Assembly (NCBI GenBank): GCA_947628795.1
Contig: CANRBF010000002.1
Span: 166,777 to 230,776 of the forward strand
Direction of reading: 5' to 3'
Length of the DNA: 64,000 nucleotides
Source: an uncultured Monoglobus sp.
GTDB taxonomy: Bacteria; Bacillota; Clostridia; Monoglobales; Monoglobaceae
The position numbers were made by a program, and so were the translations under genes. Shown here one piece after another: positions 30,159-40,744 of this stretch (position 1 is the stretch's first letter; each line of letters begins with the position of its first letter). The notes below the pieces were generated by a model that was not told the DNA's origin, did not search any database, and saw only the letters and a list, made by a program, of their open reading frames with translations.

Positions 30159-31469
30159 ATGAGCGACGAAGTTAACAACGACAACAACGCTCCGCGGGAC
30201 AGAGAGCCCGAGATACAGAGCTTCAAATGCCCCAACTGCGGCGGCATTATGAAATGGAACATAAAAAAGCGCGGCTTTATGTGCTCGTCATGCGGCACGC
30301 CCGGAGAGCTTGACACCGACAACAAAAAGGTGCTCGAGCACCCGCTGTCGCAGTACCAAAAGCGCGAGGACGAGCTGACGGGCGCCTCGGTCACAAGCAC
30401 TTCGGACAATTCGGATGCCGTTAACGCGCCCTCAAACGTGCGCCGCGTCATATACTGTAAGACCTGCGGCAGCCAAATTGAGTTTGAGGCCAACCAAACG
30501 GCGGCTGTGTGCCCCATGTGCGGCTCGTCTCAGGTCGACGCCAAGAGCCAGGTATTCGGGATCCCGCCCGACGGCGTTGTGCCCTTTATGATAGACGAGG
30601 ACGACGCCAAGGCGCGGTTCAAACAATGGGTGCGCCACCGCTGGTTCGCGCCGAGCAGGCTCAAGCTGGCGTATCAGACCGGAAAGCTGACGCCCGTCTA
30701 TATCCCGATCTGGACATACGACGTGAACGTGACCGCCACATACACAGGCATGGGCGGCAGGATAGTGTCGGTGCGCGACGGCAAGGGAAATATCCGCTCG
30801 CAGACCAACTGGTTCCCGGTCAGCGGCACCGTTTCGGAACGGCTTGACGATGTTCCCGTGTTCGCGGGGACCGACAAAAACGCGAAAACGCTCAGCGGCA
30901 TACTTCCGTTCAATACTCAGGAAGGCAGCTACCCCTACTCCCCCGCTTTTCTGTCTGGCGTGAACTCGGAGAGATACGCGTTTTCGGCGGTCGAGGGCTT
31001 CGGCCGCGTCAAGAACCAGATCGACGCAGAGCTCAAGGCCCGCGCCCAAAACTCGATAATAGCGCGCGGGTTCAACACCGCCACGGTCTCAAGAGTGAAC
31101 GCCGATTACGGCGACCCGGGCTACAAGCAGATACTGGCGCCCGTGTGGATATCAAACTTTGTGTACAACAAAAAGAATTATACCTACGCCATAAACGGCG
31201 ACACGGGAAACATATGCGGCGAGCGGCCCTACAGCCCGATAAAGATAGCGGTCGCCGCGCTTATCGCGGCTGTCGCCGTGGCGTTGTTTTTGATGTGGGA
31301 TATCTCGACGCTGAATAACGGAAACGAAGCTCAGGAGCCGAATAGCGGCTACTACGAGTATTATAACGACTATGACGATTACGGCGGCTATGACGGCTAT
31401 TATAACAACAGCGGCGGCTCGTATTACGACTATCCCGACCTGAGCGGCGGGGAGATAACGCAGAATTAA
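30159..31469 (+). CDS. Zinc-ribbon membrane protein (two N-terminal CxxC...CxxC ribbons, central domain, C-terminal TM helix, Tyr/Asp/Gly-rich tail); YdjG/YdjH-like partner of the SPFH protein
   Basis: CPNCGG..CSSCG and CKTCGS..CPMCGS; TM IAVAALIAAVAVALFLMW; start at the ATG after GAGGTG. Confidence 0.55.
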   Translation: MSDEVNNDNNAPRDREPEIQSFKCPNCGGIMKWNIKKRGFMCSSCGTPGELDTDNKKVLEHPLSQYQKREDELTGASVTSTSDNSDAVNAPSNVRRVIYCKTCGSQIEFEANQTAAVCPMCGSSQVDAKSQVFGIPPDGVVPFMIDEDDAKARFKQWVRHRWFAPSRLKLAYQTGKLTPVYIPIWTYDVNVTATYTGMGGRIVSVRDGKGNIRSQTNWFPVSGTVSERLDDVPVFAGTDKNAKTLSGILPFNTQEGSYPYSPAFLSGVNSERYAFSAVEGFGRVKNQIDAELKARAQNSIIARGFNTATVSRVNADYGDPGYKQILAPVWISNFVYNKKNYTYAINGDTGNICGERPYSPIKIAVAALIAAVAVALFLMWDISTLNNGNEAQEPNSGYYEYYNDYDDYGGYDGYYNNSGGSYYDYPDLSGGEITQN

Positions 31470-31508
31470 TAATATTTATTATAAATATAGGAAAGAGAGG
31501 TAATTTTT

Positions 31509-32492
31509 ATGGCATGGTTCGGACAGGGCAGAGACACGATAGAATGGGATGAATCGCGATCGGACGTCCTTTGCTACAAATGGCCCGCCAAAGAGATCAA
31601 GAAAGGCTCGCACCTTATCGTGCGTCCCGGTCAGAAGGCTATATTCTATGCCGACGGAGTGGAAACGGGCGTGTTTGAGAAAGAGGGAAATTTTGATATC
31701 GACTCGGAGATCACGCCGTTCCTCAGCACCTTAAAGGGCTGGATACACCTGTTCGGCGACACGGGAATGAGAGCCGAGGTTTACTTTATCAACACAAAAC
31801 AGGTGCTTGTCAACTGGGGAACAAGACAGAGGATCATGATACCCACCGCCGAGGTGCCCACGGGTATTCCGGTCGGAATGAACGGAAACGTCATAGTCAA
31901 GTTCTCGGACGACCCCGAGGCGATAAAAGGCTTTATCGCGGCTATCGCGGGCGTTAAGGACGAGTTCACGATAGACGACATATCGGAGCGTATCATGGGC
32001 AAGCTCAACGCAGTCGTGGCCGAGGCAATTTTAAAGGGCCAGAGCAACATATCCACCAACGCGCTTATCAGCATACAAGCGAACAGCCTTGAGATAGGAA
32101 ACGAGATATGCGCGCGGCTGAACACGATAACCAACACCTTCGGAATGGACACGGTCGACCTGACTATCGCCGATGTGAACTATCCCGAGGACGTTATGAA
32201 GGTGGCCGAGCAGGTAGCGGCGACCTCGTTTGTCGGAAACAACGTGGCGAACTACGCGGCTGTCCAGATGGCGAACAGCATGAACAACCCAAATGCGGGA
32301 AACAACGTGGCCGCCGCCGGGGCACAGATGGGAATGGGCCTCGCGATGGCTCAGCAGATGACGCAGCAGATGAACGCGCAGCAGAACGGAGCCGCGCAGC
32401 AGACCGCGCCCGCGGGAGACAGATTCTGTCCCAAATGCCGCAAAATGGTGACCGGCAAGTTCTGCTCCGAATGCGGCACCGAAACGGTTTAA
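31509..32492 (+). CDS. SPFH/band-7 domain protein of the YdjI/COG4260 type with C-terminal zinc ribbon
   Basis: N-terminal region matches YdjI-like (KW..EIKKGS.LIVRPGQ.A.F...G......E.G.....SEI.PFLSTLKG). Ends CPKCRKMVTGKFCSECG. Confidence 0.65.
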   Translation: MAWFGQGRDTIEWDESRSDVLCYKWPAKEIKKGSHLIVRPGQKAIFYADGVETGVFEKEGNFDIDSEITPFLSTLKGWIHLFGDTGMRAEVYFINTKQVLVNWGTRQRIMIPTAEVPTGIPVGMNGNVIVKFSDDPEAIKGFIAAIAGVKDEFTIDDISERIMGKLNAVVAEAILKGQSNISTNALISIQANSLEIGNEICARLNTITNTFGMDTVDLTIADVNYPEDVMKVAEQVAATSFVGNNVANYAAVQMANSMNNPNAGNNVAAAGAQMGMGLAMAQQMTQQMNAQQNGAAQQTAPAGDRFCPKCRKMVTGKFCSECGTETV

Positions 32493-32498
32493 TATTTG

Positions 32499-32524
32499 AC
32501 GGGCGGCAGATTGCCGCCCGTTTG
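32499..32524 (+). terminator. Terminator CGGGCGGCA-gat-TGCCGCCCG then TTTGCC
   Basis: 9-bp perfect stem. Confidence 0.55.
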
Positions 32525-32737
32525 CCTCGCCACTTGGGGATAATCAGCAAGCTTGCTTGCGGGTTCAAAGCGACCTTTGAAAATCGATTGCGATTTTCAC
32601 CAAGCGCTTCATTAGCGGTGGATTTCCGCCATTGGCGGAAAGACGGAGAGGGGTCAACTTAGGTACTAGAGACTAGTAACTATGGACTAGGAACCCCTCT
32701 CAGTCAGCTCCGCTGACAGCTCTCCCCAAGGGGCGAG
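32524..32737. repeat. Composite palindromic intergenic repeat, copy C (degenerate left arm, about 100-bp insertion, A-type central loop, compensatory variant inner hairpin, intact right TIR)
   Basis: Right TIR 32720-32737. GGAGAGGGGT...ACCCCTCTC plus a loop nearly identical to copy A. Confidence 0.7.
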
Positions 32738-32898
32738 CCTGATATAAACCGCAAGATATTCCTAGTCCCCAGTTACTATTTCCTAATCCCTACTTTAATT
32801 TATTGACATCGCATTTCAAAAAACACCTTTATTTAATATTTATAATTTGTCGTTTCTTTGATTAATTATCGACTTCGCATAATTCGCGCTGACGTTTA

Positions 32899-32928
32899 TT
32901 GACAATCCGTTTTTCTCTGTGCTAAAAT
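32899..32928 (+). promoter_or_regulatory. Promoter TTGACA-17/18-TAAAAT ending 8 nt before the ABC gene ATG (possibly a leaderless transcript)
   Basis: TTGACA at 32899-32904; TAAAAT at 32923-32928. Confidence 0.4.
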
Positions 32929-32935
32929 TTATGGC

Positions 32936-34678
32936 ATGGATAACAACAGTCAAAACTCAGGTATATACAAAAATATCGCCAAATACGCGAAAACATATAT
33001 CATGTGGGCCGCCGCCGCTGCCGCGGGAACGGTTTTGTCGTCATGGCTCGAGGTCAGAAAGACCGACTGCCTGAGACAGATCGTGGACTCCGCACAGGCC
33101 GGCGAGCTTTCGGCTGTGCCCCGCATATTTTTGATTGCGGCTCTCTGCGTCGCGGGCATTATGGCGTCGGTCTATATAAGCGCCTACGCCGCGGGCAGAT
33201 TCTCGACGGGAATGATCCGAGACATCAAGCGCGACAGCGCGGAGAGAATTTCGAAGATCCCTATCGACTACATGAACTCGGTGCGCAGCGGCGAAATGCT
33301 GTCCAAAATGAGCTCCGACGCGGACAACGTCCAGTTCTTTATGGAGAGCGACTTTATAGCGATGATGGAGATTCCGTTCACCTTTATATTCTATCTGGTA
33401 TTTCTTATAAGACTGAATCCCTCTCTGCTTTTTGCTTCGATAATTTCGGCGCCGATCTTCGTCGCGATAGGCGCGCGTTTTTCGATACCCTTTAAGATCG
33501 GCTCCAAAAAATATATGCGCTATCTGGGCCTTGTGAGCAACACGGTGGCCGACATGGTGGGTGGAATCCCGATCGTAAAATCATATAATATAGAGGACGC
33601 TCTCGCTGAAAAGTACGACAGCGGCATAGACAAAGCAACAAATATGGCGCTGGGCAACGACAAGATACAGTACCGCGGCATCTTCTTTTTCCAGCTGGCG
33701 CGGCACGTGCCTCTCACCGTTTGCCTTATATACGGCGGTCTGCTGTGCTTTAAGGGAAGCCTTACGCTCGGCGCGCTGGTCGCCTTCACCTCGCTTATAT
33801 CACAGCTTTTGAGCCCTATCATACGCTCGTCGCAGATGTTTTTCAACTTCCGCACGGCCACGGCCTCGGCGGAGCGTCTGTTTTCCATAATAAACGAGCC
33901 GATAGAGCGCGAGGGCGGCATAGTTTCAAGCGAGCTGCCGAGCGACGTTCCCGCGATCGAGTTCTCGAACGTGTCGTTTGAATACGAAAGCGGCAAGCCT
34001 GTTTTGAAAAACATCTCCCTCGGCATAACGAAGGGCGAGCAGATCGGTTTCGCGGGAGCCAGCGGCTGCGGAAAGAGCACGCTTTTGGGATTGGTGTGCG
34101 GATTTTACGCTCCGGATTCGGGCAGCATTAAGATAGGCGGCATCGATATAAACGAGCGGGAGCTCAAGTCAACGCGCGAGATGATCTCATATGTCTCTCA
34201 GGAAACATATCTGTTTCCCGAGTCGATATACGACAATATAGCCATGGGAAAGCCGGGCGCCGCGTGGGATGAGGTCGTCGCAGCGGCCAAGGCAGCCTAC
34301 GCCCACGATTTTATAACCGCGACCGAAAACGGGTATGATTCCAAGGTCGGCGAGCGCGGCTGCCGCCTGTCGGGCGGACAGATACAGAGGATCGCGATAG
34401 CGCGGGCGTTTCTGAAAAACGCGCCGATACTGCTGCTGGACGAGGCTACAAGCGCTCTTGACGTTAAGGCCGAAGCCGAGGTGCAGAAAGCGCTTGACGA
34501 TCTGAGCCGCGGCAGGACCGTGCTGGTAGTGGCGCATCGCCTATCAACAATAAAGGACTCCGACCGCATAGCCGTCATTGACGGCGGAGTTATCGCCGAG
34601 TGCGGAAAGCATGACGAGCTGATGAGCCTTGGCGGAGTTTACGCCAAGCTCAACAACACGGGAGGTGATCCCGAATGA
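32936..34678 (+). CDS. ABC transporter permease/ATP-binding protein (type I exporter half-transporter)
   Basis: 6-TM domain plus Walker A GASGCGKST, signature LSGGQIQR, Walker B ILLLDEATSALD. Confidence 0.85.
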   Translation: MDNNSQNSGIYKNIAKYAKTYIMWAAAAAAGTVLSSWLEVRKTDCLRQIVDSAQAGELSAVPRIFLIAALCVAGIMASVYISAYAAGRFSTGMIRDIKRDSAERISKIPIDYMNSVRSGEMLSKMSSDADNVQFFMESDFIAMMEIPFTFIFYLVFLIRLNPSLLFASIISAPIFVAIGARFSIPFKIGSKKYMRYLGLVSNTVADMVGGIPIVKSYNIEDALAEKYDSGIDKATNMALGNDKIQYRGIFFFQLARHVPLTVCLIYGGLLCFKGSLTLGALVAFTSLISQLLSPIIRSSQMFFNFRTATASAERLFSIINEPIEREGGIVSSELPSDVPAIEFSNVSFEYESGKPVLKNISLGITKGEQIGFAGASGCGKSTLLGLVCGFYAPDSGSIKIGGIDINERELKSTREMISYVSQETYLFPESIYDNIAMGKPGAAWDEVVAAAKAAYAHDFITATENGYDSKVGERGCRLSGGQIQRIAIARAFLKNAPILLLDEATSALDVKAEAEVQKALDDLSRGRTVLVVAHRLSTIKDSDRIAVIDGGVIAECGKHDELMSLGGVYAKLNNTGGDPE

Positions 34679-36408
34679 AGCAGGAGAAAAGAAAAAGCGG
34701 GATCAAAATCTGCTTTTCGATAATGCGCGTCCGTAAGCGCGCGTATTTTGCTATGGTCGCGCTTGACGCGGGTCTCACCTACGCGGCGGATATCCTGTTC
34801 GCGCTGCTCAACCGAGGCGTGGTGAACTCGGTCACGGCTCTTGATTTTCACCTTTTCATGATATCCTTATGGTTCGGCGTTTCGGCTTTGATATTTTACA
34901 CGGCGGATATTTTCTCTCGGTTTTACAAAATAAAGGCAATACGCCATATAATGCGCGATATTCGCTGCCGCCTGTTTCGGCACATGGAGTTTCTGCCCGT
35001 GGATTATTACGAAAAAAACCACAGCGCGGACAGTATTTACAGGCTCAACAGCAATGTGGAAAACATGAAACGGGCGTACACCAACAGCTTTCCGAACATA
35101 GTGCGCGCGATATTCGGCGGCGGCGCCTCGTGCGTGTTTATTCTGGCGCTGGACGCCCGTTTGGGGCTGGTGTCGATCATAGCCTGCGTCATCACGTTTA
35201 TCGTGAATCTCAGGTTTGCGGTGCCTCTGCGCCGCCTGGGCAAGGAGATTCAACGCAGCGAATCGGCGCTTTTGGCGCGACTTTCTGATCTGCTGGCGGG
35301 ATTCAGGATAATAAAGCTGTTCGATATCGACGGAAGATCAGTCAAAAAATACGAGGACGCGAATAACACCGTGGCGAACAAAAGAATAAAACGAATATCA
35401 AAAATGGGCGCCTTGAGCGGCGTTGACAATCTGCTTATTTTCCTGAATAATTTCGTGCTGATAACGATAGGCGCGGTCATGGCGGCTCTGGGTTACTGCG
35501 ACTTCGGAACCGTGTTCGCGATACTCAGCGTTCAGGGAAACGTGAGCAGCATGCTTATGACATTCGGGAACTCATGGGGCATGATGCAGGAGAGCGCCGC
35601 GGCGGCGGAGCTTATAGATGAAATTCTTGCCCGCGACCGCGAGACCCGCGCTCCCCTCATGGACAGAAACGCCGACACGGACGAGGACTATATAAAATTC
35701 GAAAACGTTGAATTCACCTACGACGACAAGCGCGGCCGAGTTCTGCGCGGGCTCAGCCTCACCGCCGACGAGGGAAAGGTCACCGCACTCGCGGGGCCGA
35801 GCGGCGGCGGAAAAAGCACGACCCTTAAACTCCTTCTCGGCTTTTACAGAAACAACACAGGGAAAATATATTTCGCGCACCGTAATATTAACTCATATTC
35901 ATTGGAAGAACTTCGAGACAAGATCTCATACGTGCCGCAGGACGCGTATCTTTTCGACACGACCGTGCGCGAGAACATAAGCTACGGCAGGCCGGGCGCC
36001 TCGGACGAGGAGATAATCGCGGCGGCAAAGGCGGCGGGCGCTCATGATTTTATCACAAACATGCCGAAAGGCTACGATTCGCGGGTCGGCGAGCGGGGCG
36101 AGAGCCTGTCGGGCGGACAGCGCCAAAGGATCGCCATCGCCAGAGCGTTTCTGAAAAATGCTCCCATACTGCTGCTGGACGAGGCCACCAGCGCGCTTGA
36201 CACCGAAAACGAGCGGGTGGTGCAAAAGAGTATTGAGGCGCTGATGAAGGGCCGCACGGTCATAGTTATAGCGCACAGGCTCTCGACCATCGAAAAGGCC
36301 GATCGCATATATGTGCTTGAGCGCGGGCGCGTCACTCAGAGCGGCACCCATGAACAACTCAAAAACATTCCGGGAACTTACTCAAATTTAGTTAAGCTGG
36401 CAAACTGA
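34675..36408 (+). CDS. ABC transporter permease/ATP-binding protein, second subunit of the heterodimeric exporter (ATGA overlap with the upstream gene)
   Basis: GPSGGGKST, LSGGQRQR, LLLDEATSALD. Confidence 0.85.
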   Translation: MKQEKRKSGIKICFSIMRVRKRAYFAMVALDAGLTYAADILFALLNRGVVNSVTALDFHLFMISLWFGVSALIFYTADIFSRFYKIKAIRHIMRDIRCRLFRHMEFLPVDYYEKNHSADSIYRLNSNVENMKRAYTNSFPNIVRAIFGGGASCVFILALDARLGLVSIIACVITFIVNLRFAVPLRRLGKEIQRSESALLARLSDLLAGFRIIKLFDIDGRSVKKYEDANNTVANKRIKRISKMGALSGVDNLLIFLNNFVLITIGAVMAALGYCDFGTVFAILSVQGNVSSMLMTFGNSWGMMQESAAAAELIDEILARDRETRAPLMDRNADTDEDYIKFENVEFTYDDKRGRVLRGLSLTADEGKVTALAGPSGGGKSTTLKLLLGFYRNNTGKIYFAHRNINSYSLEELRDKISYVPQDAYLFDTTVRENISYGRPGASDEEIIAAAKAAGAHDFITNMPKGYDSRVGERGESLSGGQRQRIAIARAFLKNAPILLLDEATSALDTENERVVQKSIEALMKGRTVIVIAHRLSTIEKADRIYVLERGRVTQSGTHEQLKNIPGTYSNLVKLAN

Positions 36409-36479
36409 TCAGTGCAATATACTTATATATTACACTGATTTTTTGTTATCTGGTATCTAAAATTTCTTAAAATTGGGTA

Positions 36480-36508
36480 TTGATTTCGCATGATTATATG
36501 TTATAATT
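36480..36508 (+). promoter_or_regulatory. Promoter TTGATT-17-TATAAT for the SGNH/SLH surface protein gene
   Basis: 36480-36485 / 36503-36508. Confidence 0.45.
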
Positions 36509-36568
36509 ATATTATTAATATTGTGCTGTTTTTACAAAATTCACGCAGCGCAAGAAGGAGGAAATTAT

Positions 36569-39500
36569 ATGATTAAAACACGATTGCTCAGCCTGGCGCT
36601 GGCCGTCGCGATGATCGCTACAATGTTCACCGGCGTGGTTGTATTCGCGGCTGACGACGCGCAGGCTGCGGACGCTGTGACCGTTGACTTCACAAAGCTT
36701 ACCGAAGTCCCGGTTTACACGGCCGAGAAAACGAGCGGCTTTGTCTCGACCTCGGGTGCCATTATGGCCGAGGGCTATGACAGAGTCGTAGCGGGAACCG
36801 ACAAGATCACGATCGGCGCGGACGGCGCGAGCGTGACCGAAAGCGACGGGGAGTATTTGAGCAGCAAATACAAGGGCAGCTCCAGCTACGCCAACTACGG
36901 CGGTCTTATCTACAGACAGGACGTTGAGCCCGGCGCGTATCACATCGAGGTTACGCTGGGCGGCGATTCCACATCGAGCAACACAAAGATCGCTCCCACG
37001 GGCATGGACTCCTCAAGACTGACAAGCTCCAATCCCTGGGACACCGCGGGTCATGTGGCGAGAACCGCCATAGCCAAGTGGGACGAGACGGCGACCACAT
37101 GGTCGTATGACTTCGCGACAGGCGACAAATTTGTTGAGCTTGACATCGAGCCCACAACTCTGCCCACGGCCGAAAAGCCTCAGACCGTTACCGTAAAGTC
37201 GATCAGCATTACGCCTATCGAGAAAGCGGCGGCGGGCGACAAGCCCACGATCCACATCCTGGGCGACTCGACACAAAAGACATACACATTCAACGAGACG
37301 ATCAGCTCATGGGGCCAGACGCTTTATAAATACTTTGACACGAGCAAGGTCAACGTTGTCAACTACTCAATGGGCGGACGCTGCATGAGAAACAACTACA
37401 CAGAAGGCAGATTCGACGACGTTCTTATAAACGGAAAGGAAGGCGACTATGTTTTCCTGCACTCCGCGCATAACGACGAGTCTCCCGCCGAGACGCGCTT
37501 TGACAGAGGCTGCCAGTATGCGGACAAAGACACAACCAAAGCCAACGCGCTTTATAACAGATGGCTCTATATGTATGTTGACGCAATCAAGGCGCGCGGC
37601 ATGGTTCCGGTGCTGGTATCCCCCATGCCCAGAAACGCGGGCGGAGCGACGACGTTCAACCCCGACTCTCCCGCCAACATGAAGAAAAAGGCGGAGGCCG
37701 ATCCGGATGTCGCATACATCGAACTGTATCAGGGCGCTGTTGACTACTACAAAAAGCTCGATAAAAACGAGGGAACATGGACATACAACAGCGTTGAGGC
37801 AGGCGAGACGCCCGCCAACAACTCGGCAAACGGCGCCAACGGCGACGGCACTCACTACAGAGAAGCCGCGGCCAAGCAGTTCTGCCGCATAATGCTCCAG
37901 AGCATCTATGACCAGAGCGTTGCCGCCGAGGATACATACACCGATAAGGCTATCATGGAAAATCTGGTTTCGTATATGCCCGAGACCGTAAAGACAGCCG
38001 CGGCTTCCGAGAACCGCGACTGGTCGGCGGTACTGCCCGAGCAGGCGAGCGACGTTGACGCGGTCGACGTTGTTCCCGGCGCGACCAAGCAGGCGAGCGA
38101 CAACTATTATTACAGAACTTCCATCGAGAAGGCTCTGCAGCTGGGCGCTCTCCACAAGGACGGCGAAAACAACTTTAAGCCCACTCAGACCATCACGGTA
38201 GGCGAGTTCGCGAGAGGCATGGAAAAAGTGTTCAATTTGCCCGAAAACTCGCTGACAAGCTACACCAAGACATACGCCGAGCTGCAGGCGGAGAATCCTC
38301 CGGCGGACGCTTCCGAATATGTTCCCGTTGTATCGGGACCCGCGGAGTATGCCGAGGCGCAGGCGGATGACGGAGAGCTGATCGTAACAGTTCAGCAAGC
38401 CGAGGGCGGCACCGTTACCGTTTACAACAACAGCGCGTTTGACGTTCATACAACGGATATAAAGGGCACGGAAGCTAATAATTCCGTCGTTGATGATAAC
38501 GAATACTACACATTAACGGCTCCGAATACCGTTACAAAGGGCAACAGAGACGGCTCATACGCCGACAATCCCGAAATAACCAACGGCAGCTATGTATTCA
38601 GAAACAATGATGATCTGTATTCATACTATGAGGCGAAGGCGAACGGAACCATAACCATCTATTGCTTTGCGGCTCATAACAAACAGATCGGCATCGAAAA
38701 CGTTGAGGACAGCAGCGACAAGCATGAAGTATATATCAATGATGTTTTGGAATCAGGCGACAGCAACAGCGAGGCGGGAACCGTACACTTTACTGTTGAA
38801 GCCGGAAAGAAATACAAAATGTATACCCGCGGCGGAACAGGCTACCTGTTCGGAATCAAATTCGAAGGCGATAACTATCCGCAGAGCACAACATCACTTT
38901 CAGCCTCGGCAGGCGATGAAATAAGAGTTTCGGCTATTGCAGGAGACGGTTATCTGAACGATAAGATCTTGGTAAACGGTCAGCCCGTTGATTCTTCGGG
39001 CAGAGAGTATACCTTCAAACTCGAGGCCGACACAACCGTATCGGCAACATACAGAAGCGAGCCCGCGTTTGCCGACTCCACGCTCATCGCGAGCGACGCC
39101 GCGCTGACCCGCGAGGCCATGGGCGCTATACTGTATGACGCGTATCTCGCCGCATACGGCAAAAAAGAGGACGGCTCCTGGAACAAGGTTGAATACATGA
39201 ACCAGAAAGGAAGCATCCCCGCGCCCGGTGATCCCGGCTATGACCCCAACATCAAATATGAGGGCGCCACTTACAACCCGCTCACCGGCTGGGCCGCGCT
39301 CAAGGATATTTCGGATATCGACCCGTCGCTTTACGGAAAAGTTAAGGAAGCCTATAATTTAGGTCTTATCAGAACCGAGAAGGGTATCGCCAGAGGCGTT
39401 ATTATAAACGGCGACGAGCTTGAGCCCAAGGCTGAGGTTACAAGAGCGAAAGCCGCGAAAGCGCTGGTATTCTGCTTTATCTTAACTCAGGAACCCAACG

Positions 39501-40678
39501 AGGAAAGCCAGATCATACCCGATGAGCACAACTACGCGGCGGAGACTGTAGCCGATATTATCGCTCCGAATCCGGACGCGCCCTCAACGCCGTACATCGG
39601 CGGAGCAACACCGACAACACCTCCGACCACGGAAGCGCCCGCTACGGAGCCTCCCGCGACGACTGAGGCACCCGCTTCGGAGCCTCCCGCAACGACTGAG
39701 GCACCCGCTTCGGAGTCTCCCGCAACGACCGAGGCACCCGCTTCGGAGCCTCCCGCGACGACCGAGGCACCCGCTTCGGAGCCTCCCGCGACGACCGAGG
39801 CACCCGCTACGGAGCCTCCCGCAATGACCGAGGCGCCCGCTTCGGAGCCTCCCGCAACAACCGAGGCGCCCGCTTCGGAAGCTCCGTCCACAAAGGAGCC
39901 CGAAGGATCGTCAGCGCCTACCGAGACTTCTGAGCCCACGTCAGCACCCACGCGCAGACCTTCATCGGGCGGCGGCGGTGGCGGCGGCTACACCAATTCA
40001 AGCTTCAACACAGGCGCGACAACGTCCACAGCCGCACCTAATCCTACCGCCACAGCGGCGCCTGCCGCTTCCGGTATGCCCGAGGCGACAGTGAAGCCCG
40101 ACACAACCGTAACAGCTCCCGGACCCGCGACGGGCGAGGTTCAGATGCCGTTTACGGACGTTGCGGCGACCGATTGGTATTATCCCTACGTTCAGAACGT
40201 TTACTCAATGGGAATCATGAACGGCGAGAGCGATACTCTGTTCGGTCCGGGCGATACTCTGACCCGCGGCATGCTGGTAACGATACTCGGCAGATTTGAC
40301 AAGGCCGACACATCGGCCGCATCCTCGTTCGCGGATGTTGACGCGAATGAGTATTACGCTCCCTACATCGCGTGGGCTGCCGAAAGCGGAATAGTTGACG
40401 GCGTGGGAGACAATATGTTCGCTCCCAACGACGCGGTGACCCGTGAGCAGGCGGCGAAGATAATCACCGGCTACTACACCTACAAGGGCCAAGGCCCCAC
40501 AGGCGCATGGGCCATTCAGCTCGAGTACACCGACCTCGGTCAAATTTCCGACTGGGCTGTTGAAGGCGTAATGTACTGCACAATGAAGCAGGTTATGACC
40601 GGAAACGACGTCGGCGCGTTTGAGCCGCAGTCACCCATAACCAGAGCCGAGTTCGCCGCAGTTATGAGCAGGATCTGA
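36569..40678 (+). CDS. Large S-layer-anchored surface protein: signal peptide, SGNH/GDSL esterase domain (rhamnogalacturonan-acetylesterase-like), Ig-like domains, PT-rich tandem-repeat linker, Gly7 tract, three C-terminal SLH domains
   Basis: Start at MIKTRLLSLALAVAMIA after AGGAGG. HILGDSTQ GDSx motif. Three SLH motifs (FTDV..DWYYPYV, FADVDANEYYAPYIAWA, YTDLGQISDWAVEGV). Confidence 0.8.
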   Translation: MIKTRLLSLALAVAMIATMFTGVVVFAADDAQAADAVTVDFTKLTEVPVYTAEKTSGFVSTSGAIMAEGYDRVVAGTDKITIGADGASVTESDGEYLSSKYKGSSSYANYGGLIYRQDVEPGAYHIEVTLGGDSTSSNTKIAPTGMDSSRLTSSNPWDTAGHVARTAIAKWDETATTWSYDFATGDKFVELDIEPTTLPTAEKPQTVTVKSISITPIEKAAAGDKPTIHILGDSTQKTYTFNETISSWGQTLYKYFDTSKVNVVNYSMGGRCMRNNYTEGRFDDVLINGKEGDYVFLHSAHNDESPAETRFDRGCQYADKDTTKANALYNRWLYMYVDAIKARGMVPVLVSPMPRNAGGATTFNPDSPANMKKKAEADPDVAYIELYQGAVDYYKKLDKNEGTWTYNSVEAGETPANNSANGANGDGTHYREAAAKQFCRIMLQSIYDQSVAAEDTYTDKAIMENLVSYMPETVKTAAASENRDWSAVLPEQASDVDAVDVVPGATKQASDNYYYRTSIEKALQLGALHKDGENNFKPTQTITVGEFARGMEKVFNLPENSLTSYTKTYAELQAENPPADASEYVPVVSGPAEYAEAQADDGELIVTVQQAEGGTVTVYNNSAFDVHTTDIKGTEANNSVVDDNEYYTLTAPNTVTKGNRDGSYADNPEITNGSYVFRNNDDLYSYYEAKANGTITIYCFAAHNKQIGIENVEDSSDKHEVYINDVLESGDSNSEAGTVHFTVEAGKKYKMYTRGGTGYLFGIKFEGDNYPQSTTSLSASAGDEIRVSAIAGDGYLNDKILVNGQPVDSSGREYTFKLEADTTVSATYRSEPAFADSTLIASDAALTREAMGAILYDAYLAAYGKKEDGSWNKVEYMNQKGSIPAPGDPGYDPNIKYEGATYNPLTGWAALKDISDIDPSLYGKVKEAYNLGLIRTEKGIARGVIINGDELEPKAEVTRAKAAKALVFCFILTQEPNEESQIIPDEHNYAAETVADIIAPNPDAPSTPYIGGATPTTPPTTEAPATEPPATTEAPASEPPATTEAPASESPATTEAPASEPPATTEAPASEPPATTEAPATEPPAMTEAPASEPPATTEAPASEAPSTKEPEGSSAPTETSEPTSAPTRRPSSGGGGGGGYTNSSFNTGATTSTAAPNPTATAAPAASGMPEATVKPDTTVTAPGPATGEVQMPFTDVAATDWYYPYVQNVYSMGIMNGESDTLFGPGDTLTRGMLVTILGRFDKADTSAASSFADVDANEYYAPYIAWAAESGIVDGVGDNMFAPNDAVTREQAAKIITGYYTYKGQGPTGAWAIQLEYTDLGQISDWAVEGVMYCTMKQVMTGNDVGAFEPQSPITRAEFAAVMSRI
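39625..39890 (+). repeat. Eight tandem 33-bp repeats encoding the TEAPASEPPAT linker
   Basis: GACCGAGGCACCCGCTTCGGAGCCTCCCGCGAC-type units with point variants. Confidence 0.85.
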
Positions 40679-40691
40679 TCCTAAAATTTCA

Positions 40692-40741
40692 GCACCTCCC
40701 GAATTGGCCCGAATTGGGAGGTGCTTTTTTTATCATTCCCT
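40692..40741 (+). terminator. Terminator GCACCTCCC-15 nt loop-GGGAGGTGC followed by T7
   Basis: 9-bp stem plus TTTTTTT. Confidence 0.7.
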
Positions 40742-40744
40742 GCG

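Noticed and set aside
39625-39890. Regular 33-bp tandem repeats resembling a CRISPR-like array
   Set aside because: There are no spacers. The units are contiguous, in-frame and encode a TEAPASEPPAT linker inside a large CDS.
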